From: Azolla caroliniana
Taxonomy: Eukaryota; Plantae; Polypodiophyta
Assembly (NCBI GenBank): GCA_043228905.1
Contig: JBHGNT010000001.1
Coordinates: forward strand, 14,942,001 to 15,006,000
Reading direction: 5' to 3'
DNA length: 64,000 nucleotides
The notes beneath the pieces were generated by a model. It was not told the origin of the DNA. It did not search any database and was given only the letters and a program-made list of their open reading frames with translations. The number at the start of each line of letters is the position of its first letter. Position 1 is the first letter of the stretch. The translations under genes and the position numbers were made by a program. This document shows, piece by piece, positions 1 through 12,337 of the stretch.

Positions 1-247
1 CAGCCCTTGTAATGATGCATGGGGGACCCAATCAACTTATAATTGATGAGTTTACTTTGTATTAATGAATATGGGGATGCCTCATACTTTGAGATGGTAA
101 ACTTACGACCATGAGCTTCCATAAGGAAGAATATCAAACTCTTTTGTTCCTTGAATTCCATGTCATAGTATTCCTTGAATATCATAGCGTATAGAATCTC
201 TATTGGCCTTCAACATAGTTGCCATAACTTACCATCAATTGCACTCT

Positions 248-766
248 TTGGGGATTCGGTCCCTCCGGATGGGATCCAGATGAGAACTGGATGACTTGAA
301 GGAAGGAACCAGACCGGATGGAACTGGATGGTATCCGGAAACTGGATCGGATGGATCCGGAAGGTATCAGGCCGGATCCGATGATGAACAAGAGAAGAGA
401 CATATTTGTAAATATGCTCCTATGTGCCGTTGAGGTCATACTTGTAAATAGCCTGAAAAGTTATATGAGTATAAATATAACTTAGGGCAATCTTGTTGTT
501 GTGTGGTTGATATAATGAAGTTGTATAGAGACAGAGAGAGTGAGAGAGAGACATAGAGTCTTTTCTATTGTAACTGCCAGTTGGCGAAGATACAGAGCTC
601 GAGGTCGTTGCCTCTGAGTCTCATTCTGGAGTCTGTGGGTTCCTGTGGTTGTTTCCCTATTAGTGTTTTCCACGTTAACATCTGGTGTCGTCTTATTTCT
701 ATTTTTTTGTTTTTTTTCTTCCATTGAGTGATTAAGGGTCGGTTGTGGCCGAGACTATTCCGCACA
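248..766 (+). repeat. 5' LTR of copia A (initial TG missing)
   Basis: Aligns along its length with 26120-26647 and ends ...CCGCACA just before the PBS. Confidence 0.9.
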
Positions 767-769
767 ATC

Positions 770-781
770 TGGTATCAGAGC
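770..781 (+). promoter_or_regulatory. PBS of copia A (tRNA-iMet)
   Basis: TGGTATCAGAGC 3 nt after the LTR; the gag ATG follows directly at 782. Confidence 0.92.
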
Positions 782-1310
782 ATGGAAGGTCCATTCGGCG
801 GCATGTTCAAGCTCACCAGGTTCAACTACTCAGTGTGGAAGTTGACGATGAGGGACATGGTCGTGGTTAAAGATTCCATACAGTTTGGGGACAAAAGACT
901 AGACAAGATTGATGCATCAACATGGGAGGTGATGCATAGGAAGACGACAACCTACATTTTATGCTTCATCGATATGAGCCTATACAACAACTTCAATGAA
1001 GGGAGTAAGGCTCATGAACTTTGGGAGAACATAGGCATTATGTTTGAGAACAAGAATGCCATAAATCGAGTCTCAGTATTCCGGAAGTTAGTGAGAGTCT
1101 GATACCCAGACGGATCCAATATGGCAGAGCACATGAATGCCTTCTAGGGGATAATAAACCAAACAACCTCGTTGGAAGTACCTCTAGTTGATGAGGTACT
1201 TGCGCTGTTGCTGCTCGGTTCCCTCTCGGATAGTTGGGAGATGCTAGTTGTCACTTTGGGCAACGCCAGGCCGGAAGGGAAACACCGACCCCTAGCAAGG
1301 GTAAAATCAG
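782..1310 (+). pseudogene. copia A gag, N-terminal part (internal stops; cut by NUPT)
   Basis: Reads MEGPFGGMFKLTRFNYSVWK...[17 protein letters not shown]...LARVKS and resumes as LLDEEARRK at about 8528. Confidence 0.85.
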
Positions 1311-2108
1311 TATCCTGAAATATCCAAATCTTTATACCTAAAACCCCATAAACTATTTGAGCTGAATGGTGACAATATTTTATACGTGCTTTGATTGTTT
1401 GGAGAGGTACTCTACCTTCTCTAGCCCACTCGAATCGAGCCATTTCACTTCTATTGAGACGTCCTGCCAACCGACTCGATAACCCTTTTCATCGTCCGTC
1501 GAAAAGAAACTCTATTTCTTAATTATGAAGCAACATGTTACGCTAGGATCTTTGGTTCCCCGTACAGTTGAATAACGTTATTTAGAGTTATTCGAAGTTT
1601 TCTATCTCCAATACCTAGCGTAGTATCTTAATACCCTTATTACTAGTCCTCCCAATCGACTCGATAGCCCTTTTCATCGCCCTTCGAAAAGAAACTCTAT
1701 TTCTTAATTATGAAGCAACATGTTCCGCTAGGATCTTTGGTTCCCCGTACAGTTGAATAACGTTATTTAGAGTTATTCGAAGTTTTCAATCTCCAATACC
1801 TAGCATAGTATCTACATCATGTTTCAACCGATCAATCTTTAGACTATGTTCTTATATCAATAAATCGGGAGATCCGGTATTTATTTCAATTTTAATAAGA
1901 TCCGTTTCTCGTTGAATCTCTATATGCCCTATTCCGCCATAGTTTGAGGAGTCTTTCAAACTCCCTTCCATGTACTTTTCAATTAAGGTGCGCATCCTTC
2001 TATCTTCCTCAAGGAATTTTGGATAATCTTCCATTTCGCAAACCAATAAGAAAAATACTTCTGGTTTACACCGAGTCGAAAGCTGAGTGGATGAATTTTT
2101 CGTCCCGT
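1311..2108 (-). pseudogene. rps3: plastid ribosomal protein S3 (NUPT copy; frameshifted, internal duplication)
   Basis: Reads (ACG)GRKIHPLSFRLG..., IGHIEIQRETDLIKIEINTG, LRNRVSFRR and [23 protein letters not shown]...[11 protein letters not shown]. Confidence 0.93.
1467..1813. repeat. 162-bp direct duplication within the rps3 copy (1467-1628 and 1652-1813)
   Basis: The two copies align without gaps and show about 7 substitutions. Confidence 0.93.
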
Positions 2109-2222
2109 ACATTTATACTTATTCCCCAACTTAATATTAAATAATTTTCTTTCTAAAAGAATCTTCTCTTTCAATTTTGTTGATGCATCTCCAAAACTGA
2201 TTACTTTGTCTACATTTAAAAA

Positions 2223-2616
2223 TTAAGTTCCCTCTTTAAGCGACCTCAAATTTGACTTAATAGTTATTCGGCACGTGGGTTCCTTATAGGATAACCACGA
2301 CCTTGAGCCCGGGGTCGAAACCTCTTGAGGTAATTGGAATTATCTACTCGTATTTCACTAATGAACAATTGGTTTTCTTGAATCCCAGATTACTAGTAAT
2401 GTTTGCCTCTGCGGAAAGAACCAATTATGATATCATATAGCATGCTTTGTAAGGCATAAATTCAAGTGATACAAGTGCATCTTCATATGAACAACCTTTG
2501 ATTTGCTCGGTGACACGCCGCACCTTAGCAGCCGACATACGAATATTCTTTGCTGAAGTTTGCGCTCCTACATTTGATGTTCCTTCCTTCTCCATAGAAA
2601 GTGATTTCCTAATCAT
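2223..2616 (-). pseudogene. rpl22: plastid ribosomal protein L22 (NUPT copy)
   Basis: Reads [35 protein letters not shown]...FRPRAQGRGYPIR.PTCRITI. The start overlaps the rps19 stop (ATGA). Confidence 0.92.
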
Positions 2617-2833
2617 CTGCGAGATCCTTTGTCACATTTAGCATGTCCCCAAAAAATTTGGGTAGGTGCAAATTCTCCCAGTTTGTGACCTACCATACGA
2701 TCTGTTACATAGATCGGTAAGTGTTCTCGCCCATTGTGAACAACAATAGTATGACCGATCATGATGGGGACTATTGAAGAGGTGTGAGACCAAGTTATTA
2801 CTAACTTTTTTTCTCTCCACACATTAAGATTTT
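2613..2833 (-). pseudogene. rps19: plastid ribosomal protein S19, 3' part
   Basis: Reads [46 protein letters not shown]. Confidence 0.95.
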
Positions 2834-5800
2834 TGAAAAGAATGGCGTGCGGACGCAATATAGGAAACCGAATAACAGAAAACACAGGTTTAATGGAAAG
2901 CTTAGGTTTTCATAGTATGCACAGGAGAGACAGAGAGAGAGTAAACACAAGAACTTAATTCAAAAATAATACTCGATCTGTGCATCGTGTGTGTTCAATG
3001 AACACTTTTATACAAGTCCTTTTCGGACTGACAGAAGTACTGACAGTACTTCAATGCTCATTGAGGAGCCCCTACACTAACTCCCAAATATATTCCTTGC
3101 GGAATATCTTTCCGATGGCCTCCTGGTTTCCGCACCAATCCGGCCTTCCTACGCACCGGTCTGCGTACCGGTTTCCAACCGATTCGGCCTAACCGATCGG
3201 TCCCAACCGATCCGGTCCTCGGCTTGCTCAGCTGATCTGTCCGATTTTGAGATTGTCTCTCAACACTCCCCCTCAAGCTCAACTTGAGGCTCTTCGGGAT
3301 CTTCCGGATGACCGCTCTGGTTCCTCCTGGCTCCACGCCTTGCTCGCGCTCCTCGACCTGTTCAACTCCGTGCGCTTCTACCCTTCCGGTCGGCTTGTCT
3401 GCTCCCACGACCCTTCACAGCTCCCTCGTTGTCGCGGTATTGGTGCTTCTCCTGCTGCCTTCTTTTCCGCTTGGCCCTCGGTTGATTCAGTGTATCTGAA
3501 TCAAACATCCGAACCAACTCGGCTACCTCCGATCAGTTTTCGCTCTCGTCTGAGTTGGCTATCTCCAACTCGTCTTCGGTCTTCTAACCCTTGACGGCGT
3601 CATCTCCCCCATGCTTGGTTGACTTCGGCTCTTCCTTTCGGTTGCTCCCCTTATGTCCGCTTCCGGAATCTTCCGCGGGTACGCCCTCGGCTTCTTCAGC
3701 CGATCCGAAATCGAATTCGTCATCTGACTTGGCGTCGCGGTCTTCTCTCCCCCTTCCGTGGTCATTCGGGACATCTCTGCCCCTCAAGTTCGGCACGTCG
3801 AGGTGACGCAACCCAAGCGTACCCGAGAACTGCCGCAACTTGTCCAGTCCAAGAGGCTTGGTGAAGATGTCGGCGGTTTGCCGATCCGTTGGAACATACT
3901 GAAGTCTGACATCATCGGAGAGAACATGCTCACAGACGAAATGGTAGTGCACCTCAATGTACTTAGTCCGGGCGTGGAAAAAGGGGTTCTTGGCGAGCTG
4001 GATGCTGCTAAGGTTGTCGCAGTAGATAGTCGATGGATCGGACACCTCCACCTGCAGATCCTTAAGTAGCCGCTTCAACCATATGGCTTCGCATGTTGCG
4101 ACAACCGCTCCTCTATACTCAGCTTCAGTGCTCGGTAGTGCAACTGTCGACTGCTTCTTACTGTTCCACGCTATCGCAGCACTCCCAAAAGAGAATGCAT
4201 ATCCAGACGTGGATCGGCGATCGGCGGCGTTGCCAGCCCAATCAACATTGGTGTAGCCGACCGACTGTGAGGTTGTACCGGTCCGATATAGCAGTCCCCG
4301 GTCCTTAGTGCCGCTTACGTACCGCAGTACGCGTTGCGCACACTGAAGGTGCTCCTCGGTAGGTCGCACCATGAACTGACTGATCACCCCGACTGGATAA
4401 CTGAGGTCGGGTCGGGTGATTGTCAAGTAGATAAGGCCTCCGACAATCTGTCGGAATGTTTGATGGTTCTATCTAGAGGAGTCGAGACAGACTTATAGTC
4501 TGCCATCCCGAATTTGAAGAGCATATTCAGTGCATAATGACGTTGGCTGATTAGTATGCCTTCGGGGGTGCGGATCACTTCGATCCCGAGGAAGTAATGA
4601 AGGTCCCCTAGATCCTTCATGTCGAATGATGCTGCAAGCTGGAGCTTCACGCGGTTGATTTCACCTAGGTCGGTGCCGGTGATGACCAAGTCATCTACAT
4701 ATAGTAAAATGTTGATCGGACCGAGTCTACCTTTCCGGATGAACAGGGAAGAGTCCGATTTTGACGTTGCAAAGCCCATCCGACGCAGTTGCTGTGTGAT
4801 CTTCTTGTTCCAGGCACGCGGGGCTTGCTTCACTCCATAAAGGGACTTCTTCTTCCATAGAGTGAAATCCGGGGGGCTGTACCATGTACATCTGTTCCTC
4901 AAGCTCACCTTGCTGGAACACATTCTTTACATCCATCTGATGTAAGTGCCACCCCTTTGCCGTAGCTACCGCTGCTATCGCGAGCAAAACACGAATGGTC
5001 GTTATCTTCGCGACAGGCATAAACGTCTCATCGTAGTCAATGTTGTGTTTCTGCGCGTAGCCTTTTGCTACTAACCGGGCTGTTGGTGTTGTACTTGACC
5101 TTGCACACCCACCTACATCAGATCAGCTTCACACCGTTCGGTGCATCGACCAGGTCCCAAGTCTCGTTTTCCGCCAATGCGTGCATCTCTTCCTCCATCG
5201 CGGCACGCCAATTCGCGTCCTTAGCCGCTTCTGCTTAGCTCTCTGGCTCAAACACATCCGCTACACGGGTCATGTACGCATAATGATGTGTCATGTACTC
5301 GTTGTATCCGAACTGCACAACTGGGTTCTTCTGGCGGGTAGATCGGCGTAATCGGTCATTAGCCGATGTCGAGGTCTTCTCGGCTGACGCAGACTTCTTT
5401 CTTGAAGACCTGTCATCGCTGCCCTCGGAGTTGGACTCACTTCGGTCTGACTCATTCCTATCCGTGTTGTAGTCTGACACCTTTTTCTTCCCTTTTTCCT
5501 GGCACATAAGCTGTCTCCTCGGCTTCCTGCGCGGGGAATGCACGACCGAGTTTCCACTACTCGCCGGCTCTTCATCGAACTAGTTGAACCGACTCAGTCG
5601 TTCACTCGGTCCACTTAACCCAAACGAAATCGGACTCTCTTCACGGGTCCCGATTTTAGGCTCATCCGGAGGCATCTCGGCCTCGCTGACGTCATCATCA
5701 GAACTCGGATTGGAGGTGAGGTTCGGAGTCAAAGGCAAGTACCAGGACGCAGACTCGTCAAACACAACCTCGCGGCTCACACATGCTTGTTTGGTGCGCA

Positions 5801-8204
5801 GGTTATAAAACTTATAACCCTTCTGCTCGTTAGAGTAACCGACCAAGTTACATTTCTCGGCCTTTGCGTCCAGTTTCCTCCGTTTCTCCTTCGGTACATG
5901 CACATACGCAATGCTATTGAAAACTCGTAAGTGTCGCAAGTTCGGATTCGTTCCGAAATATAGCTCATGCGCCGACACTTTGTCTCCGATCCAGTTCTGG
6001 ATGTATACCGCGGTTCGTACCACCTCGGCCCAATCGAACTTGGGCAAGCTCTTTTCTTCCAGCATTGCCCGTGCCGTTTCCACAACTAACCGATTTTACC
6101 TCTCAGCCATGCCGTTTTGCTCCGACGTGTATCTACAACTGGATTCACGCCGAATTCCCATATGTTATAGATAACCATTGAATTGACCGGAAAAGTATTT
6201 TTTTCTGCCATCCGACCGTAGGCACTTGATCTTCCTTCCTGTTTTCGTTTCCACGAACCCTTTGAGGTCCCGGAAACAGTCGAAGACTTCGCTCTTCCTC
6301 TCAATGAGGTAGATCCATTTGGGCCGCGTGTAGTCATCGATGAAGGAGATGAAATATCAGCTCCCGCCAAGACTAACGTTTTGTGCCGGCCCCCACACAT
6401 CAGAGTGTATCAAGTTGAGCTTGTTCCGGCTCTGGTTACGCTCGTTGGGGAAGGGCAGTTGATGTTGCTTCCCATGCTGGCAGGCTTCACAAATTTGTGC
6501 CTTCCGGCCACTAAATTTGGGCAATCTGAACACCACCTGTTTCGATTGTAGGTCTTGAAGCCGCTGGTAGTTGACGTGGCGTCGATTGCGACTACTCCTG
6601 CTTGCGTCGGTTTCTCAAGGAATGAGAACCACTCCTCGTGGCACGTCATGTGGTTTGATGCGCCAGAGTCGACGTTCCACACCTCCTCTGACTTCGGGGT
6701 GATCATCTTCATTGAGTTTGCTTTGTGTCTCGTCACAAAGACTGACCCTTTTTTGGCTTCTCCGGATCCTTCCGCATAGTGCAATCGTTGCCTATTTCCT
6801 TTGTCGGTCTGTCGGGAACTTGTTTCGGACCCAGTTCTCTCCAAGTCCACGTGCTTTTTCCAGCACTCGCTCCCCCTGTGGCCTTTCTTGCCATAGTACC
6901 AGCATTCCGCAGTGGATTTCCTTTGCCGGTTCTCGTCGCCTCGACTCCCCCTGTTTCCGGAGGGTCCGGAATTGCTGTCGGCATCACTTCGGTGCCTTTT
7001 TCCTTGATCCCGTCGGCCGCCTTCATTGCGTACCGACTCGCCTCATCCGCCACGACCACGGGGCCTCTCTCCCTGCTTGTACAACATCTTGTTGTCGGCA
7101 TGTGTTCTTGTTGACGCATCCGCGTGGTTCTCCTCTATAAGGAGCATCGACTGTAAGTCAAAAAACGACAGCGTATTCTCTTGTGTACACACAACAGTTC
7201 GGAACGCTCTGAACTTTGACGCCAAACCCCTGAGACAGACCTGGACCATCTCTCTTTCCTCGATGTTCACATCGATGGAAGCTAAGGAGTCACATATGTC
7301 CTTGATCTTCAAGGTATAGTCAGCCACCGGCAAATCGTGTTGTCGTAGGTTGCTCAACTCATGTCGGGGCTGAAGCTTCCTAGCTGTGGTGCTCGCGGCG
7401 AAGATCTTCTTTAGATTTTCCCACGCACCCTTCGGCATTTTTTCATACCGAACGTAGCTTAATAGCTTTTCGCCCACACAAGACGCGAAACAGTACAACA
7501 CTCTACTCACCGATTGTTCCCACGCCGGGAAGTCTTTGTGTGTCGAATTAGGTGCTGTGTCATTTGCTCCATCGACATAGCTCCAGTAACCGTGCTCGAG
7601 CAGGTACTGGTGCATCTTGTAGAACCAAGATGCATAGTTAGTTTTGTCGAGCTTCTCCGTCGAAAGCGAGCTAGCCATTCCTTTGTCCATAGATTTTCTT
7701 GTTCTTCTTCATTGGTTGTTACTTCAAGCAAAGTCGACTACAGAGGTTCTCAACCCTCGCGCTCTGATACCATGAAAAGAATGGCGTGTGAAAGCAATAT
7801 AGGAAACTGAACAACAGAAAACGCAGGTTTAATAGAAAGCTTAGGTTTCCATAGTACGCACGGGAGAGACAGAGAGAGAGTAAACACAAGAACTTCATTC
7901 AAAAATAATACTCGATCTGTGCATCATGTGTGTTCAATGAACACTTTTATACAAGTCCTTTTTGGATTGACAGAAGTACTGACAGTACTTCAATGCTCAT
8001 TGAGGAGCCCCTACACGAACTCCCAAATATTTTCCTTGTGGAATAGCTTTCCGATGGCCTCCCGGTGTCCGCACCGATCCGGCCTTCCAAAGCACCAGTC
8101 TGTGTACTGGTTTCCAACCGATCCGGCCTAACCGATCGGTCCCAACTGATCCAGTCCTCGGCTTGCTCAACCTATCCAGCCGATGTTGAGCTTGTCTCTC
8201 AACA
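2834..8204 (-). mobile_element. Ty1/copia LTR retrotransposon B (copia family 2), inserted in rps19
   Basis: LTRs 2834-3265 and 7773-8204, PBS 7761-7772 (iMet), PPT 3266-3276, TSD ATTTT/ATCTT. An internal deletion lies near 6580. Confidence 0.95.
3584..7690 (-). pseudogene. copia B gag-pol (stops, frameshifts, deletions)
   Basis: Gag MDKGMASSLSTEKLD..., protease WNVDSGAS, integrase, RT LLYVDDL and RNase H ADIFTKPL. Confidence 0.92.
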
Positions 8205-8267
8205 ATCTTCAATCTCTCTTATTAAGTGATTGGCTACAAAAGGACCTTTTCTTGATGAGCGTGTCAT
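8205..8267 (-). pseudogene. rps19: plastid ribosomal protein S19, 5' part
   Basis: Reads MTRSSRKGPFVANHLIREIE and joins the 2613-2833 part once B is removed. Confidence 0.9.
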
Positions 8268-8301
8268 AACTAACTACCCTCCTACTTGGTATCCCCACTT
8301 G

Positions 8302-8490
8302 TCAACCACTTTTGCGGCGACGAAGTATAAATGGGTTACTGTATTTCTTTGTTTTCTTGGTGCTTTTACCTAGTGTAGTATATCCCCAAGGTGTTGATGG
8401 GTTTTTCCTACCAATCGATGTCCTACCCTCTCTCCCCCCCCCCCCCCCCATGTGGATGATCCACAGGGTTCATAGCTGCACCGGGCACCG
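8302..8490 (-). pseudogene. rpl2: plastid ribosomal protein L2, 3' fragment
   Basis: Reads [13 protein letters not shown](G-run expanded)[37 protein letters not shown]. Confidence 0.92.
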
Positions 8491-8524
8491 TATGTACTAG
8501 GATTGGTCCTTTAGATATCCCATT

Positions 8525-8973
8525 GGCTTGCTGGACGAAGAAGCTCGCCGGAAGGACCGGGAGTCCGGAACTGATCCGAAGGTCTTGGTTATGGAAGATG
8601 ACAATAAACGGGGAAGAGGTCGGAATCAGAGTCCCTAGAACTGGGAAAAATCGGGAACGAGGTCGAAGTCAAGGGGGAGACCCACTTGTTTTTATTGTGG
8701 AAAACCAGGGCACTTCAAGAAGAATTGCGGACACTTGTGGAAGGAGAAAGGAACCGACAATGCCAACTAGAACAAGGGTCCAAACTAGAGGAGTTTGAAT
8801 CGGAAAGGAATGATGGCAATCGTGATAAGCAACGAAGAATTCCTAGTCATTACCGAGGAAAATGAGTTGCATCTTGTCCGCGACGAGATGACATGGGTGG
8901 TCGACTCCAGAGTGTCGTTCCATTTGACCCCCAACCGGAAATGCTTCTCATTGTACAGAGCCGGAGATCACGG
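8525..8973 (+). pseudogene. copia A gag C-terminus, zinc knuckle and protease start
   Basis: Contains LLDEEARRK, CFYCGKPGHFKKNC and WVVDSRVSFH. Confidence 0.88.
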
Positions 8974-10087
8974 TGTCGTGAAGATTTTCGGCAATGGTGT
9001 GAAAATTGCATGGAATGTACAAAATCAAGTGTGGTTCTTCACCCACAATATGAAACCATGATAGTGAAGATACTATTTTATATTAGTTTAATATCTTGGT
9101 ATGAAAAGATAGATGTCTTCAAGAGCTTCCGAATGTACTTTACTACATGTGAAAAGAACAAATAAATGTCAAGTTATGTGAGTGTGAAGTATGAGAAAAA
9201 GAAAAGTAATACAAAACTATGAGATATCCCACATAGATAGGACAACATCCGGATTTAAGGGTATATAAGTAGAGCTATATCTCTTTACATTTCATCTATG
9301 TGTTAGGAGCACAAAAGGGTTGGGTTGTATAACTTGGATGATTGGATGAGGCAAGTTGTTGAAATTTGTTTTGGAACACGACGGACGGTGACAGAACCGG
9401 ATTTGGGACGGGCGGACGGCGACGGAACCGGATCGGGAATGGTCAAGTAGATTTCGACCGGACCGAATGGAATGCGGATCGAATTGGTCTGGACGGATGA
9501 GACCGGATCGGTTGGGTTGGTCGAATAGGTTGATTGCGACGCACAGTGTCTCGAAAATTTTCGGTGTGAAACAAAAAGCCAAGTCATTTCTTTAAGTTAT
9601 ATTTTTATCATCATACTTTCACATGTAAATTCTCATGCATGAGAGCTTAAATGAGTGACATGGTTATCATGCAACACATGTAATGCATGAGTGCCAAATG
9701 GCAAACATGCATCTCATACATTTTATGCAATACATGCATGTCTTGCACCCTCACATGCATCATATGCATGGGAGCATCTATAAAAGAGTGGATGGAGAAG
9801 AAAAACAAGCGAGGTATGAATCAAAAATTTTATAAGGAGAAAATTCGTTATCCAATTGATGATATATCTTGTTCTTCAAATCTAAAGTCAAGAGTTCAAT
9901 CTTAATCTCTCTCTCCATTTCAATCTTTCTTAATCTGGTTTCAAAATTGGAATCTTAATCTCAATCTGTCTCTCAATGTATCTTAAATCCTTTCTCGCTA
10001 AAGCTAGTGCAAACTTCGAATCCTTCCCGTCTAGGATCCCGGCGGTTCCGCCTCACAATCCGCATGTAGTGACGGATCTTGACGACA
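8974..10087 (+). repeat. 5' LTR of gypsy C
   Basis: Runs TGTCGTGAAGA...TCTTGACGACA, matches 22590-23662 and has TATAAAA at 9779. Confidence 0.93.
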
Positions 10088-10108
10088 TAATTAAGTGGTT
10101 AACCCGAC

Positions 10109-12337
10109 GTGAAAGAGGCGGTAGGAAGGATCAAGTCGAGGATCAACCGATACTTGGAGATGACGTCCTCAAGCAATCAAGCGGGAGAGTTCGAAATGAT
10201 GATGCTAATCATCGAACAAATGATGAGATCTCGGGACAATGATGTGAGTGTGGAGAAGGTTGGTGACTATGTCGTGGAGCTTGAGGGTCAATTTGACGGA
10301 AGGAACATTATGAAGTTCCTTGATGCATACAGAAGGGAGATGAATCAGATGGACGTGTCTGAAGCACGTCAAATTACAAGTTTCAAGAGAGTGGTCGCAA
10401 ACAACATCCAAAGACACGTCATTGAGGTTCAAGAAGGCAAGATAACATGGTTTGAGTTCGAGAAAGGAATATTAGCAGAGTTCATGATGGAAGATTTGTC
10501 GAGGATGACTCGACATGCATTGATGAAGTGGATACAGAAGAAAAATAAGAAGATGCATGCCTCGAGGGTGTACAACGAGTTCGACCAGATGTATAGTCAT
10601 CTACCCGCCACAGACCAAGTGTTGCTTGAGGAGGACAAGACTTTGTACTTCTTGAAAGCTGTGGATATGAAGGATAGACGAGAATTGGGGACTCTTGTTG
10701 AAGATGATACCCAAGCAAACGGGCTTGTGGTAGACTGGATTGCGGTAAAGCGGGCGTGCAATAGGCTCGACAAACGTCATCAGTGGGTTGATGACACCGA
10801 CTTGGCAAGATCAATTGTCACGGAGAAAACAGGACAACCGAAAGTGGTTGAGCCGCCTAAACAAAGTAACCCGGAAGAAAAGAAGATTGATGATGACATC
10901 ATCGAAGAACTGGAGAAGAAGTTCAAGACGGTCATGCTAGCCAACATGAATCATTGGGGCCCCAAAGGGAAAGAACCGTTTAGATGCGTGTGGTGTGATA
11001 GCATGGACCACATGAGAAGGGATTGCGCGAGCCTTCGAGATGCCATTCGACAAAATATCGTATACATGGATGACAACATGATCTGCTCAAGTGAGACTAG
11101 AAGACCCCTGCGGGTAAATTTCAGAAGAGGAGGAATGAAGAAAGCTATGGAAGATGCTGAGGTGACTCATGTGGATGCAATGCACTATGCTGCATTGGCC
11201 GGAATAAGAGTCGGGAAAGACAAAACTGAAGCTGCTAGAGCGGGAGCAAAGTTCTGGTCTACAGTTCTCAAGTATGAGAAGAAGGGAAAGGTCACTTCGA
11301 ATGAGGTAGAGCTTGCGGACTGAAGTGTGCTAAGCATAACCGGATGGTCGGATCTAGTGGATGACAACACCATACTCGCGGAAGTGATGTGTGACAACCA
11401 CGAGGTGTTTGTGGATGAAAAGAAAAAAAGGATGGAAGGGCAAGAAAACCCATAAAAAAGACATGAAACAAGTAGTGCGAAAAAGAAAGATGTAGAAATG
11501 AGTCGAGCTTTACAAACGGAGGAAGGAGACTCAAGTCGAAAAGGGGAGTTGAGCAAACGAGTCGAAGAAATGGTACGACCCGTGAAGGTTGGTGTCGAAG
11601 ACCCCGCTCGAAAGACAAGAACTATGCCTACCTATAAGCTAAGGTCGGACATAGAGCAAACGATAGATCTGAAGAAGATGCTCGAGGAACGTGTTCTCAA
11701 TAGCCACGTGGCCTTGTCCTTGAGGGAATTGCTTGGCATTACGATCGTGGACCCTGTAAAGAGAAAAAGACAACAATCGGACGAGGAGGAAGAGAAGCCA
11801 CTAAAAGCAAAAACAAATGCTATAACAATGGCAAGAGATGAAGTCGATGAAGATATGGTGGACAGACAGTATACTCGACCTCATTGGGCACGAGCGACAA
11901 TGGAGATGCCGGTGAAGATCGGTGAGAAGAAAGAGACCGTGGTAGCCTTGATCGACCATGGCTCGGAGATCAACCTCATGTCAACCAAGTTCTTCAAAAA
12001 AGGAAGATGGTCAATCAATACAAACCACGGATGGAAGATTCAAGCGGAAACAAAGACCACAGAGGACTTGTACGGAGCTTGTCCCAATCTTAAAGTCACG
12101 ATTGGGGATGTGGAGATGGATCAACACTTCTTTGTGCAAGAATCGGCTTCACATCCTGTCATCCTAGGACAACCGTATATCACATCATCCTGGATGGAGA
12201 CCAAGGTGTTCGATAATGGAGCAGCCTTCACACTGATCAAGAGTCTTGACAACGAAAGATCTATTCAATTCCTAACGGTGCGGGCTAATCATGAAAGAAA
12301 TCGAGATAACCTTGGAGGCGACTCCTCGGATTTTTAG
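10109..12337 (+). pseudogene. gypsy C gag-protease (two in-frame stops)
   Basis: Knuckle CVWCDSMDHMRRDC and protease ALIDHGSEIN; homologous to D ORF 13531-15681. Confidence 0.88.

Larger units (their letters stand above)
1311..8490 (-). other. NUPT: plastid rpl2(3')-rps19-rpl22-rps3 segment (1311-2833 plus 8205-8490), interrupted by copia B
   Basis: Plastid gene order is conserved, the segment is AT-rich and the ribosomal-protein motifs are recognisable. Confidence 0.93.

Noticed and set aside
1311-2833. Functional ribosomal-protein operon or bacterial contamination
   Set aside because: Frameshifts, a duplication and a TSD-flanked copia insertion inside rps19 show a decayed nuclear copy of plastid DNA.
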